The notes under the pieces: generated by a model
Told to the model about the DNA's origin: nothing
Seen by the model: only the letters and a program-made list of their open reading frames with translations
The model's database searches: none
From: Stegostoma tigrinum
Lineage: Eukaryota
Length of the DNA: 64,000 nt
Assembly (NCBI RefSeq): GCF_030684315.1
Contig: NC_081366.1
Coordinates: 7,192,001 to 7,256,000, forward strand
Reading direction: 5' to 3'
Shown: piece by piece, positions 47,346 to 60,670 of the stretch
Numbering within the stretch: the first letter of the stretch is position 1
Layout: every line of letters begins with the position of its first letter
Translations under genes and position numbers: made by a program

Positions 47346-50300
47346 CAAATTCTTCAAACTTTCGTAATGTTTAGAAAAAACTGGTTGGTATGAGAACACT
47401 ATCCTGACGAACTCTTACAGGTCAAATTTAAGATTGAAATTATTGCCACGAAACTTCATTGAGATTTACCTTGTACCACGTATGACTGCAACACGAATTC
47501 ACAAATTGGTTGAGCACAGACGGCTGTGTCTGCGGCTCTTCAAAAGAACATCATTGCTTAGTGACAGCTTCCTGCTTTCTACCACCACCACCATTGTGCA
47601 TTACCGATAATCAAATAGCTCTGATGCATTCTTGAATGCCTCTAAAGAAGCTGCATTTGCCATATTTCCAGACTGTGTATTTCACTCGATCGACATACGA
47701 AGTGAAAATTACTTTAACATTTGCCTTCTCCTTCTTGTTTCTTTTTGGGTCATTCTTCGCTTCTGCACCCTTGACAATACAATCACAAGTTTCCGATAAA
47801 CTGTATACAATCTTCCAGTTGAGGCCTAACAGTGGAGAGTTTTCCCTGATTCCCCTCCTCTTTAACTATGCAATGGTTACTTGGAATAAAACACAGCCAA
47901 ACAATACTTACAACCAAATGAACTCTTTATGAATTCTCTCCTGATATTGTCTTTTTGTTCAACTGTAGCTGCAATGGTAAACATGATATTGGGCATGACA
48001 AATACTGGAACAAAAGACCTCAGCTCCTTTCCTGGAAGCCAAGATGGTTCAATCACTTAGTTCACGTCTGGCTGCAAGATGATTGCAAATACTTTAGCCT
48101 TAACAATTCTACTTTTTGGTGGGGGGCTCCATTACCACTAAACTTGGGTATATTTGTGAAGACTACTTCTCCCCTTAGTTTCTTAATTGTCCATCATCAG
48201 TAATGGGTGGATTTGAAAGGATTGCACAGATTTGATTTTTCTGTATTGTGATCGCTTAGCTCTCGCCATTTAAAGCAGTTTCAGAAGTTTAATAAGCATT
48301 TAGTTAAAGCTTCACCAGGCAAAAGAGAAAACATATTGATTAAGTTTTGATGTTAGTTGTGGATAGACATATTATGTAGTCAAGCCTGGCTCGACAGATC
48401 ATTTGCTTTTATTATTAATATCATGAAAATTGGTCAAACTAGTCTGAAGACGTTATTTAATATGTGAAGATAGTTTATTATACACAAATAATAAAACATA
48501 CAAGCAATATATTTATATATTTGCATTGCAGTCAGAAGGAAATTAATATAAACATGAATACAACATTTCAATATGGTTTCCAACTCTATTTGAGGGATTT
48601 AAATCCAGCGAACTCCAACCGCATTTCAACTGTTTTAGTTACACCATCGCTTCAAACGGATTTGGACACCTTTTCTTGATTCCTGTTTGAGTCTTCTGGC
48701 ATGAAGGGTTCAGTCGTTCGTTTGTTTTAGGTTGTCGAGCTGTAACTTACGATCTGTAGCAAAGGCTTGGCTTTTGGTTATTGAATGAACACATCTAAAT
48801 TTGCCAGTGACACTGAATAAAGTAAGAATGCCTGTTGACAAGATGGTGTGTGCAAAGTCTGCAAAGGAACATAGATAAACGAATTGAAAAGGCAATTAAT
48901 TAGCAGAATGAGCATGACGTGTTATAACGTGAAACGTCAACTTTAGAGAAAGAATGGAGAATCAGTATACAACTAAGAGAAGTCAACGAATGTGAGCGGA
49001 GTGAAGGATCTCGGTGTTCTGGTGCAGGTCTAAGACTGTATTAGCTTGCAACTAAACCAAGTGGTGAACAGGATAAAGGAAATTGTTCATTGTTGTGAAT
49101 GAGATAGAATAAAAGCAGGGACATTTTACGTCAGTAGGACGTCATCTTTAATATTGATAAAGCAATGGCTCATGAAGAAGCTTGCAAGGGATTTTCCACT
49201 GAGATCGTTAATTTGCGTTATTTTGTTTCGAATTGCCTGCATTTAGATGCGGTTACATTGAAAAAATGGTTATGTTCCAAATCAAGGGAGACAGAACGCA
49301 GCAAGGTATCCAGCAGTTGGCTCAACATCAGTTATCAAGAAGGTTATTGAGTCATTAAATTTCTTCAAGTTTGGGTTCGATAGATTTCTCATATTCAAAG
49401 GAGATATATATTATAACACAAAACTTGCAAAATCAAATTGAGACAACAATCACAAGAGATAGAAATAATGAAAAGAAGAACAGGCCGGAGAGCCCAAATG
49501 GCCTGAGCTGCTCCTCGGAACTTTATTAATATGCCACCATGTCAAAATATGCTTTAATGATATCGGTGGGATATGATGTGTTTTAGAATTTCCAAGAGAA
49601 CAAAGCAATGTTTCATGATGTTAAGGATTTAAAATTTCATTAGGATTTCTTCTCGTCCTATCAAAATTGTACTATATGTTCAATATTGCCATAATTACAC
49701 ATTGCCGTTCCATTGACCGTCTGCAGTCCTACAGGTTGTTGGATCTGCACTTGTCTTGTTCACTTCTTATCTATCTAATCTTAATCAGAAATTACTGCGT
49801 CAGCTATTCCTGCTTGGTTGGCTTGGATATCGCGAATGACCCATGTTGGTGTATTCCTATTTATGCTGGCCCCCATAACAATTTTACGTTATCACTATTG
49901 CTCACAATTGCATTTTCAGTGCGTAAATTGTCAGGTTGTTTATCCTACGTCCAGTGAAGACTATCCTGAAACTCACTCTAATTAAATATTGGTAAACAGA
50001 AGTCGTTGGCTTAAAATCCTGCCATAGTTACTCAGACAGCTTACCACTTGGTGGCATGGCTGAACACTGCAAGAGATTTCAGTCACACATTGAGGACTTT
50101 ACTAATGCGAACCCTGTGCTCATTGTACGTCCATAAGCATGTAAATAACCACACTTGCCTGAGCTCTTCTGCTTCTAAGACACTCCTCAATGTAGTTCAC
50201 ATATCTATACTGAACAATTCGAACATTCTCCTGACCGGCCTTCCAAAATTCTATCCATCACAAATGCAAGGTCCGGAAAACCAAATCTCCCAATGTCAAA

Positions 50301-52793
50301 AATCAGACCAAGAAATATTTTCACCACTCATATCTGTGATAGACTATGCGGACTTTCATTACCTGCTTCTCTGATGTATATATTCTCAACTTGTTTTGAA
50401 TACCTGAATAGTCTAGTCTCACTTGGCCTTGGTAATCTCCGCCAGCCTTTTAACTCATTTGTGCAATTCTGGTCGCTTGAGAAGCCCCAATGTTAACATC
50501 TCCGGATTTGAGATCTGTACTTAGTCCAACCTTGACCCTAATGGCTGGAATGCTCTCACAAAATTTCTCAGCCTCTGTAAGTTCTTTTCCCCTTTAATAC
50601 ACATTTTGAATCAATTATTCAACAAAGCTTAGAGTCACCAAAAGTACAATCGACTACTGGGGTTTAGTGCCAGTGTTATATTTTGCTTTGGCTTAAAATC
50701 TCTGTGAAGTACTTTGGAATATTTTTATATGATTCCTGTTTCCATGTAAGTACAATCTATTGCTGCCTCTGTTGTTTTACTGTGTACCATGGTGCTCAGT
50801 CTTGAGGCCTTGACATTCAAGAAAGTTTCATTATAGTACAAATGAATGTACTAACAAGTTTACAAATTTGCAAAGAGATCCTATCAATCCTGTTCCACAT
50901 CATAATAAAGTCACATATTTTGACATCCGATATATATGAACTGTCGCACAAATAGACTCATGGGCTTGTAGCTAGACTATTAACGCAGAAACTCAGGAAC
51001 TGTTCTAGGGACCCGTGTTTGACGTGCCACGGCGAATGATAGAATTTAAATTAATTAAGAATCTGGAATTTAGACCCAATAAGACAATGAAATCATTGTG
51101 GGGGAAAAAACGTATCTATTTCCCTAATGTTCTTTCGGGAAGTAAACTGTCATTCTTACCACCTCGTCTGACAGACATGCAGTTCCAGGCTTACAAAAGG
51201 ATTTCCTTGTAACTGTTCTATGGTCAATTCGGAATAGACAATAACTTGTTGCAAAATTATCGATGCCTTCATCCCATGAATGAATGACAAAAACACACTG
51301 CCATGGGCACTGTGAAGCAAAATTAACATCGAAGTATTCTTTGAATTTTGAGAAATATTCGAACTTTATCGATTCTTTTCATTATGTGACTATAGCGTGA
51401 AACTAGGATGAAGGTTTTTACAAGATAATCTTCCTGCAATAGTTCTCAAATTGCAACCTCCAGAAGTTGTTGGGCCCTGAATCAAGTTGACTCAATGAAG
51501 CTACAACACTGGTATTTACCTATCAATATGAAAAAAAAATAGAGGTGACTAACTTAATTGCATTTTCAATCTCTCCTCATAAGGCAAGACTTTCATATTT
51601 AGGATTAACACAGTTAACCTTTTATGAGTTTTCTTCAATGGTGTTAAATCCTCCCTCAAATTAGGGATCAAGACTGCAAACCTTATTCCAGGTTGTCATG
51701 TACTGTGAGGTGAATTAAATGTAAGAAGTAGTAAGGTTATCTGAAGTTCACCGGGGCAGTGATGAAGCCGATCTGGAGTGCTGTGCATTGAATTGAATAT
51801 GTTATATCATGAAGAACCCAAATATTTTGAAGGCGTTCGGGAAAGGTTTACCGGATTAATACCTGAAATAAGTGGGCATCTTATAATAAAGTTTGAATAG
51901 GCGATTTTGTACATTTTTGAATTTTGAAGAGAAGGAGGTGGCTTGATTAAACCAAATGAGATTTCAAGTAGTTTTGATCAGATGAATCTTTAGAGGATGT
52001 TTCATTGTTTACTATTTTCGAGAACTAACCGTCACTACTTAAAAATCAAAGTTTCCCTGTTTAAAAGAAAGATGAGGTGTTTTATTTCATGTCCCTAGGG
52101 TACTGTCAACCTTTATAATTTTCTTCCTGAAAAGATCGTAGGAGAAGAATACTTGATTCCTTTTCATAGACAAAGTGAAAAGTTTCTCGTGAAGTAAAAT
52201 GGTGAAATGTTATAATGGATACCAGAGATTACAGATTTCAGGCGATAATCACATCAACTCAACCGGAGTTAAATGCTCGGGAAGGCGTCAGGTGTTGAAT
52301 AGCTTACTTGTGATCCTTGTTCGGATACTCCACAAACTTAATCACACTTCAAAGTCGCCAATCATGTGTTAATTGTCTCAATGTATTTGAAGAATTCAAA
52401 TTAGCCATGAATATTCTGTACCGAAAGCAGCTTGTTGAAGCAATGTGATTCATTGCATGACAAGGAATGTCCAAACTATGACGCCTAAACTGAAAATAAA
52501 ACGTACCATAGAAGTTCTGCGCTTGTCGTGACGCGTTTGTTATCGCAGTGTTCAGAACTCAAATTGAAGAGATTAAATCTCTAAAAAGGTCTGAATCTAT
52601 TCTAATATTAACAGAAATCACAAAGTAGCATTACAGATACTGCATCGACAAGGTTTCCGTCTGTCTCTAATAATAGATAGCAGGTGCAAGCATTTCATTT
52701 AAAACAAATCCGGTGAACGTTTGAATTTTTTTTCTTGTATATACGTAGTTGCACAAACTGCAAATTAATTTCAGTGCAGATTGACATATTACA

Positions 52794-55184
52794 TTATCTC
52801 GCCGTATCACGAATACTAATATCATCCAGAAGCAATGTCGGGTGACACGGTTTTAAAAACAAAAAATCGGTCTTCGAGGATTCTGGTGAGAGACAGACAG
52901 TGTAATTACATGATTCCCGAATAGGCAGAGTTTGTGCAGAATCTGGATAATTTAAATTTGTTTTTGCAACAGCTCGACTATGAGAAGCATCGGCTGAATT
53001 TCTTTGTCTGTAACAACTGATTCTGGACGTGTGACAGCATGTATTCCGGTCTTGTTTGCATTTCACAGCCACCAGAAAAACTATTATTGAGAGAAATATG
53101 CAGGAAGTTGATCCTAAAATAATGATCAATAGAAAATTTAAATCTGAAAATATTTCTGGATTTCGAGGTTTGCTTTTTTGTTCGAAAGTGTATTCAGTAA
53201 TGTTACCTCGGATTGTAAAGAAAATTGAAACTGTACTGGAGAGGCTCGGTTGCCCGTTGTCCCTGACCAAAACAACAATCGTCTGTCTATGAGCATCTCG
53301 CTCGCTAAACGTCCGACGCGTTCTAATTTCGCCAGAGGTAAACCCAATGCTAAAGCTGCTGTGATCAGTAGCTTCTATGAGCTGATAGGAAAGTCTTGCA
53401 TTCTGCCCAGAATCTGCGTCTGTAGCAATTACTTTGGTCACCAAGTATCCGGGATGTGCAGATTTTGGTACAATCACTATGGACAGGTTGTAATTTGAAG
53501 GTGATACAATGACTGGGGCGTTGTCGTTTTGGTCCAGGATAATAATATTTACGAGAGTAGTGCCGGTCAGTGAGGGAGTTCCACCATCCTGAGCCTGAAC
53601 TTTGATCTGAAAATTCTTCTGTATTTCATAATCAAAAGAGCGTAGCGCGTGAAGGCTCCCGCTTTCCGAGTTAACACTAAAGTGACCAGACGCAGAACTT
53701 TCATGAATGAAACTGTCCAATAAGAAGTACGATATCTCGCTATTCTTGCCGAAGTCAGGGTCTAAAGCAGTAACAGTAAATATTGATGCACCTGGAGCAT
53801 TGTTTTCCATCAGGAACACATTATATAACGGCTGTGTAAATTGCGGTGCATTGTCATTTATATCAGAAATTGAAATGTGGATAGTTTTATTTGTGGAAAG
53901 AGGGGGTGACCCAGCATCCCAGGCCGAAATGGAGATGTTATAGAAAGGCGAGATTTCGCGATTCAGCGCATCGCTGACCACTAAACTGTATTGTTTGTTT
54001 GAAGATTTTTGGAGCGTAAATGGGATATTTGGTGGCAGCTGACATTGCACTTGTCCATTTTGACCTGAATCACGATCCATCGCATTTATTATGGCGATTA
54101 CCGTACCTCTTGCAGCATCTTCACGTACCTCGATGGGTAGCGAGTTTATTTTTAACTCCGGCGCATTATCATTAACGTCAAGTAATTCAACAAGAACCTC
54201 GGCGCGCCCAATTAATGCGGGCGTACCATTGTCCACAGCTTCTACATCAAGTTGGTAAACTTTCTTTTCTTCATAGTCCAGTGACCCTTGAACTCTGATC
54301 TGTCCAGTTGCTTGGTTCAAACGGAACAATTCACTCACGCTGCGAGAAACGTGGCTGCTTAAATAATACTTTATCTCGCCATTTGTTCCCTGGTCTAAAT
54401 CAATGGCGTTTATTGTTGTAATTATTGAACCTTCAGGCAAATTCTCCAATAAGTTAATTTTGTATATCTGATGATCAAATACTGGGGCGTTATCGTTTAC
54501 ATCCAGTACAGTGATGACTATTTCTGCACTACCAGATCTACGAGGAGTCCCGCCGTCAATGGCCGTCAGTGTCAGATGAAAACTAGAGTGTTGCTCGCGG
54601 TCTAACGGGTTTTCTAACATCAACTCTGCAATTTTACTTCCATCGCTTCTGATCCGAGTCTTCAGGCCAAAGTGCTTATTTGTGCTGATTTCATAATTAC
54701 TCACCGCATTTGTACCTACATCCGCATCGTGCGCTTTCTCCAGTGGGAAAAGAGCTCCTGCTGTAGTTAACTCAGATATTTCTAAAGTATATCTCATTTT
54801 AGGAAATCTGGGCGAGTTATCATTTACATCCAATATCTCCACGTCGACACGATGCATTTCCAATGGATTTTCCACCGCTATGTCCTGGGAAACAGAACAA
54901 GTCGCACTTTGCCCACAGAGAGTATCCCTGTCGATTCTCTCGTTCACAGCTAAAATACCATTCCCTATGTTTACCTTAAATACCTGCATTCCGTCATCTG
55001 AGACAAGCCGAAATTTGCGAAATGACATCTCTCCAATGGTTAGGCCTAAATCCTCTGCGATATTCCCAACAAAAGCACCACGCTCCATTTCTTCGGGGAT
55101 CGCGTATTGTATTTGACCGAAAATTAGATCGGACACGCAAGTCAGCAATACAAAATAGAATGGGTGGCTGACCCCTTTCGCCAT
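52794..55184 (-). CDS. Clustered protocadherin large exon, copy C (796 aa)
   Basis: Intact ORF paralogous to A and B, with CGQSATC in EC1, six cadherin repeats, TM and tail YTVCLSPESSKTDFLFLKPC. Confidence 0.95.
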   Translation of the reverse strand: MAKGVSHPFYFVLLTCVSDLIFGQIQYAIPEEMERGAFVGNIAEDLGLTIGEMSFRKFRLVSDDGMQVFKVNIGNGILAVNERIDRDTLCGQSATCSVSQDIAVENPLEMHRVDVEILDVNDNSPRFPKMRYTLEISELTTAGALFPLEKAHDADVGTNAVSNYEISTNKHFGLKTRIRSDGSKIAELMLENPLDREQHSSFHLTLTAIDGGTPRRSGSAEIVITVLDVNDNAPVFDHQIYKINLLENLPEGSIITTINAIDLDQGTNGEIKYYLSSHVSRSVSELFRLNQATGQIRVQGSLDYEEKKVYQLDVEAVDNGTPALIGRAEVLVELLDVNDNAPELKINSLPIEVREDAARGTVIAIINAMDRDSGQNGQVQCQLPPNIPFTLQKSSNKQYSLVVSDALNREISPFYNISISAWDAGSPPLSTNKTIHISISDINDNAPQFTQPLYNVFLMENNAPGASIFTVTALDPDFGKNSEISYFLLDSFIHESSASGHFSVNSESGSLHALRSFDYEIQKNFQIKVQAQDGGTPSLTGTTLVNIIILDQNDNAPVIVSPSNYNLSIVIVPKSAHPGYLVTKVIATDADSGQNARLSYQLIEATDHSSFSIGFTSGEIRTRRTFSERDAHRQTIVVLVRDNGQPSLSSTVSIFFTIRGNITEYTFEQKSKPRNPEIFSDLNFLLIIILGSTSCIFLSIIVFLVAVKCKQDRNTCCHTSRISCYRQRNSADASHSRAVAKTNLNYPDSAQTLPIRESCNYTVCLSPESSKTDFLFLKPCHPTLLLDDISIRDTAR

Positions 55185-55432
55185 TGTTCCGGGTTCGATC
55201 CAATTATAAATCTGTCAAAATGCCGCTCAACTTCGTTGTTTTGTGGAATGGAATATCCTTTCACGTGAAGAGAAATGTCGATATTAAAACGAGAGACGTG
55301 AAATCTCCAACTGTCCGATCTTTTAGTGCGAGATGGTTCATATGCGACCAACGCTGGCCCTGCTCTGTGCTTCTGTGCCGTGTGTTGTGTGAAAGGAGAG
55401 GAGGTAGATCTCTTACAGTGTCAGGTTCTCTT

Positions 55433-55462
55433 ATTGGTAGACAGCGACGCAAAGAGTCCTTA
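55433..55462 (-). promoter_or_regulatory. Protocadherin promoter CSE, copy C
   Basis: Same 30-mer with one substitution, 249 bp upstream of the ATG. Confidence 0.85.
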
Positions 55463-57804
55463 CCCATAACTGCATCAAGCTTTTCTTAAAGGAAGACTGT
55501 TTACATGGACAGACGATACCAATAAGCTATATATTTAACGGTGCGCAATGAAAATTTCTTCCTGCTTTAGTTGATATTCCCAAAGTTTTTTTTTGTTTTG
55601 TCGAACTATAATTCTTTGAAATTGACCTATGGCTATTAATAATAACGGAAATAAAAAGAAATTACATTCATCCAAGTGAAATGATGCAAGAGATGTTGAT
55701 ATTATTTCAACATTTTAATTCAATTTGCTGGAATGCTGAATTAATCTGATTCAATTCACTGAAATAAATGAAAAAAAAGACGTTTTCTTGAGTTTGGACC
55801 AGTTCTAAATGCACTAATTTCTGCTGAGCTTGATAATTCTGCGGATCAACATATTGATTGACTATGAAGAAGCCTTTTGCGCATTGGATTATGACAATGT
55901 TCCTACTTTCAGAATCAAAATTCTCAGATGGAAATTGACAAGAGAAAAATGTATTGCAATACCCAATTGCAAAACATACAATGATCATGATCATATGACA
56001 CTTGGAAAGGTAACTGTCCATATTAGGGAGTCAACCATAAGTGTTAAGTTTTCGGGTATTTTATTGTGTTTATTATGCCGCAGCAGTTTTGATATGTTGC
56101 GTTATTTCATTAGGGGAAATTAACAAATCTGCGTTGTCCAAGTCATCCAAATCCGTTTACTATTTAAAACAAAGTCACGGGCGCGGCCAATTACATGCCC
56201 AAGATATTTCCAAGGGTATCAATTAATCAATTTCACCTCTCCATTCCTATGACTTGACGTATTCCATTTAGTCATACAGAACATGAGTTATTCTGACTTA
56301 ATATTATGTCATCTTCCTTTTATTACTCTTTTATGATAAGTCAACTACCCGGCTAATTGCCATTTAAGTGGATTAGGGAGCTTTGGAGAAAACTTACTGC
56401 CCCAAAATGTAATTCATAATAATTACAAAACATAATGCAAACGTTTCTGTATGGCTCCAAATAAATGCAAAATTCTACACATATACTTTTCTTGAAAGTT
56501 AATTTTTAGATTATGTTTGTTCTTTTCCCTGCTTTCAACATTCTTTTAAATCCAAATGTGGCAACATTTTTGAAGGTCTTGTTTTGACTTCACCTCAGCA
56601 GTGCCATTGACCCGAGAGATTCAGTTGGTGTCTAAACAATTCCCTACTAAAACAAACTTTACTGTTTTTGGACAAATTAAAACTACCTCGGATGTTGATG
56701 CTTGTTTTATCTTGAAACTTTAAAATTTTCCCTTTTAACTTCAGAGATATTTCTCATTGATATTTGAAATGGCAACTTGTATCAGGTTACTTTATCAATT
56801 CTAACATCAGAAACAATTAAGTCCAGGCTTGGTGATTTTAAACTATTTAAATATTTCTTTGGCGATTTTAAATAATACTGTCATATTAGAGGTAAAAGTG
56901 ATTGGAGTAAATTCAGGATTCTCCCATTCTCTAACCCATTGTGTCCCATTATAATACATTGCATTATTGATCTTCAGTATGATTCTGATGCCTGGAGGTA
57001 GATTATTGAATCTGCAAGATTCCTGGATTCTTGACTATGGTATCAGTACTTGGGAAATCTTTGTAAACTGATTTTAAAAAGGAAAACAATACCCTCTCTG
57101 TCTCTAGATAGAACCCAAAGGGATAATAACATCCAAACATATCTGTAAATTTGGAAACGTAAATTTGTTAATGTCCAAAACCGCACTTACAGCAATATTG
57201 AAGGCTTTTGGAATCATTTTAAAATTCACAGAGAAAGAAAAAATAGTACTATACTTTTCTGAGAAGGGAAGGGTCCCAAGTTACTCAATTATACAATATG
57301 CTAATTTTACACATTTTGGTTTCAGAAATGTTAAAATCTCCCAATTTTTAGGAACTGTCTTTTGAATTTTCATTGTCCTTTCTATGACATTGATAGGCGT
57401 TCTGGTTATATTAAAAACTGTGAGTAATCTTTCCATAACGCCAAATTTAACAGAAGTGCAAGCCTACAGAGCAAGGTGTTGCTCGCATCTGTGTTGTACC
57501 ATATTTTGCCCTTAAAACATTTTCCCAATTCTGAATTAAATGTAATTATCGGTCAAATTCAGCTTACGCGAATCTTTTACGAAAAGAAAATTGCAGTTTC
57601 CACAGCTCAGAAAATTTGTTTCTAATTTACATTTGCAATGTAAATTTGGCACCATTTTCAAACAATTTTTTTTCTCAAAACGTTTTTAAAGTCTTTCGTA
57701 TTTGCGAAAAGCACCATGCTTTGCAAATGGTTTAACTGGAATGAAGTGAATGCTCACATGTAGAAGTCATGTAATCTCTTTGTGAATCCAACTGACTATC
57801 ACAC

Positions 57805-58180
57805 TGAGATAATGGGAACTGCAGATGCTGAAGAATCCAAGATAACAAAGTGTGAAGCTGAATGAACACAGCAGGCCAAGCAGCATCTCAGGAGCACAAA
57901 GGTTGACGTTTCGGGCCTAGACCCTTCATCAGAGAGGGGATGGGGAGAGGGTTCTGGAATAAATAGGGAGAGAGGGGGAGGTGGTCCGAAGATGAAGAGA
58001 TGCAGTGGGAGAGAGTTCTCCTGAGGTTGGTCTGGAGGGAGGAGGGGGAACTTCTTCAGGTTAGGCATCCCTGGAAGAGGCTTCGCAGTGAGGTTAAAAT
58101 TATGATCAGAGATAATGGGAACTGCAGATGCTGGAGAATCCAAGATAACAACGTGTGAAGCTGGATGAACACAGCAGGCC
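57805..58180 (-). mobile_element. Penelope-derived element with hammerhead and tandemly repeated terminal segment
   Basis: Hammerhead core on the minus strand at 57905-57932, identical to 9602-9629. The segment GAGATAATGGGAACTGCAGATGCTG...CAGCAGGCC occurs twice (57805 and 58108). Confidence 0.8.
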
Positions 58181-58509
58181 TTGCTGCTTGGGAAACATAC
58201 CGTCGTAGATCGGCTAGAGACTATAAATCCAAAACTAAAGGAATGATTAGTCAAGACGTTTCAAAAAAATAATTTTAGCTATAAAGGCCCCGTATCTGAA
58301 TCTGTGTAACTTTCAAGCTAAAACAATTGGCTGACAGCTAAAATAAAAATGAGTTAAGATCTGATAGCTCTTACATCGACATGGCTAGAAAATCAGATTG
58401 ATTGGATCCAGAATATTGAATGGCTTGTGATAGATAGGAAAGGACGGACTCTAAGAATAAAATAAAACGCGAGAGGAACGAGTTAGTCTGCTAATTGATA
58501 TTTGTGTTG

Positions 58510-58710
58510 CCGATTAAAAGGGTAATCCCGCCACGGTACTACCGAACACATGCAGCTTTCTTACTAGAGGGAATCGAATGGTGGTGGTAGTTTCATGTGA
58601 GGATCACAACGACTCAGACGATGCGACAGATTGATAAGGAAGGTCCTCCATGCTGACCTCAGGCATAGTGGGGGCTGCTCACACGCACAAGCTGCCAGCC
58701 AACTGAGCTA
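58510..58710 (-). mobile_element. tRNA-headed SINE remnant
   Basis: The minus strand begins TAGCTCAGTTGGCTGG (A-box-like). A second head fragment lies at about 60875-60929. Confidence 0.5.
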
Positions 58711-59074
58711 CTCGACACCAAAATTCTGTTCGTTCGATACGAAGGGTTGAACTATTTTCAGGGATAAAGCAAGCAGTTTCGGTCGATACGGTCATCCGAT
58801 AATAAAAGACTACCTAGAAGAAAACTTCATTGAATGTTTTCGAAGTTGTTCATTTGAATAATAGACTTTGCAGCTAATCAGAGAGCTGGCTATGATTAAA
58901 TCTGGTAATAGCAGCTAGATAGGATTAGTTGATGGTCTCATCAGAAACAAAAAGAGATATTAGTGCAAAACTCAGCAGATTTACCAGGAATTGTGAGAAG
59001 AAAGCTGAATTAATGTTTCGGGTCCAGTGACTATTCATCAGAATACTTACAGAATTTTTCCAGCATTTACGTAT

Positions 59075-60670
59075 GGCACACTCTTCTGCCAGAGTACATA
59101 AATAATGGAGCGAGTGAACGCCAAGGTAGTGCATGGCACAACAATAAAGTGGGCTGCTTTGTCCTCGGGTAAGTTGAGCTTAATGATTGTCACTAGAGGC
59201 ACACTTATCCAGACAAGTGAACAGCATTCAAAAGCATTTTTAAGTTTTGTCTTTTCGAAAACAAGCAATATTTGAAGTTTCAAAAGAGTGAGCTAGTCAA
59301 CACAGAATTTTCATAAATGATTTCAGTTTATTTCAGTCTACTGCAAGACAAAGATAAGGCAAGCCAGATGATTGGACACAGTGCGAACAAAACAACAGCA
59401 AATAATCGCAAAAGCAAAACGGGGAAAGGCTAGCTGGAAATATACGTTCACATTGATTTCAAAAGCCATCAGTTTTCCAATGGAAAGTGCGTCTGGAGAG
59501 CCATAAATGGGAACTACTCCTATGAGGTAAGCAGGTAGTTTCTGCTGTATTGATGATGTACAGTGGTAAGTGAGATTTCTATAGGATGGTTCAGTGTGTT
59601 GCATCAGTGGTCAGTTCACAAAACCAAAGTATTAGAACACTATTATTATTTCACAGAATGTGGGCATCACTGGCTAGAAAATTGTACTTCAATTGAATAG
59701 TTTACGAGACCATTTCAAAGGGAAGTTAACAATCAACAACACTGATGAATGAACTCATGTACAGTTCATACAGAATAAGAATGACAAATATTCTTCTGTA
59801 TAGGACATTATTAAACCGGGTGGACATTTATGATAACCAATGATTTCATTGTCACCACAAGTGCCAGACTATATCAATCAAAAGTTCACAATATATCATG
59901 TTGGGAATAACGTTCCCAGTACATTAAATTGGATTTTCTGGATTATTAGCCCAGAGGCATTACCATGACTCAACTATGGCAACTAGTAAATAGAGTGAAA
60001 ATAATGTTTGAGTTAAGCGGCATTTCTTTGAGGTGCAACAAGAGTGAAGTAATGCTCCACTTCAGTAATAGTAGGGGATATTTTATTATTTGGGCAGAAA
60101 CTTTTCTTCTTTACTTTCATGTGAGGCAGAATCACTGGAAAGGCTACCATTTGTGGATCATTGGAAGGTGATTATGATTTGTCTATTTGAACCATTGCAT
60201 TTTAGGCAGATATATCTCTCAAAATACTTACAATGCTTGTGGAAGTGAATTACAGGATTTTGATCCAATAACACAAAGCAATATTAAGATATTGATTAAG
60301 TTTGACTTTGTGAGATTATACAAGGGATTGTGTTACAATGCATTTGCTGCTGGTTGCCCTCTGAATCATGGAAGATGCTGGTTTGGAAAAGTCAGGAAGT
60401 TTTGTGAGTAACTTCATTGTGACTTATAGAAAGCACACATTGTTGCCAGAATACATTGATGATAGAGGGAGAGAATGCCAAATTACTGCATGGCATATTA
60501 ATAAGGTAGACTGTTTTGTCCTCAGTTAAGTTCACCTTAATGATGGCAATTGCAAGCACACTCACCCAGGCAAGTGAACAGCATTCAATGGCATTCCTAA
60601 CTTTTTTTTCTTTTAGAAAACAAGCCATATTTCAAGGGTCAAGAGAGTGAGCTACTCACCACAGAATTAT
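59075..60670. repeat. Direct duplication of a decayed LINE block: 59075-59310 vs 60432-60670
   Basis: Shared TGCCAGA.TACAT, TGCATGGCA, TTTGTCCTC, CAAGTGAACAGCATTCAA, GAAAACAAGC and AGAGTGAGCTA in the same order and spacing. Confidence 0.75.

Noticed and set aside
58690-58710. tRNA gene suggested by TAGCTCAGTTGG
   Set aside because: No complete cloverleaf or intact B box; it is a SINE head.
9598-59045. Recurrent 30-40 nt motifs as a CRISPR-like array
   Set aside because: The copies are dispersed on both strands with no regular spacers or cas genes, in eukaryotic DNA; they are retroelement copies.
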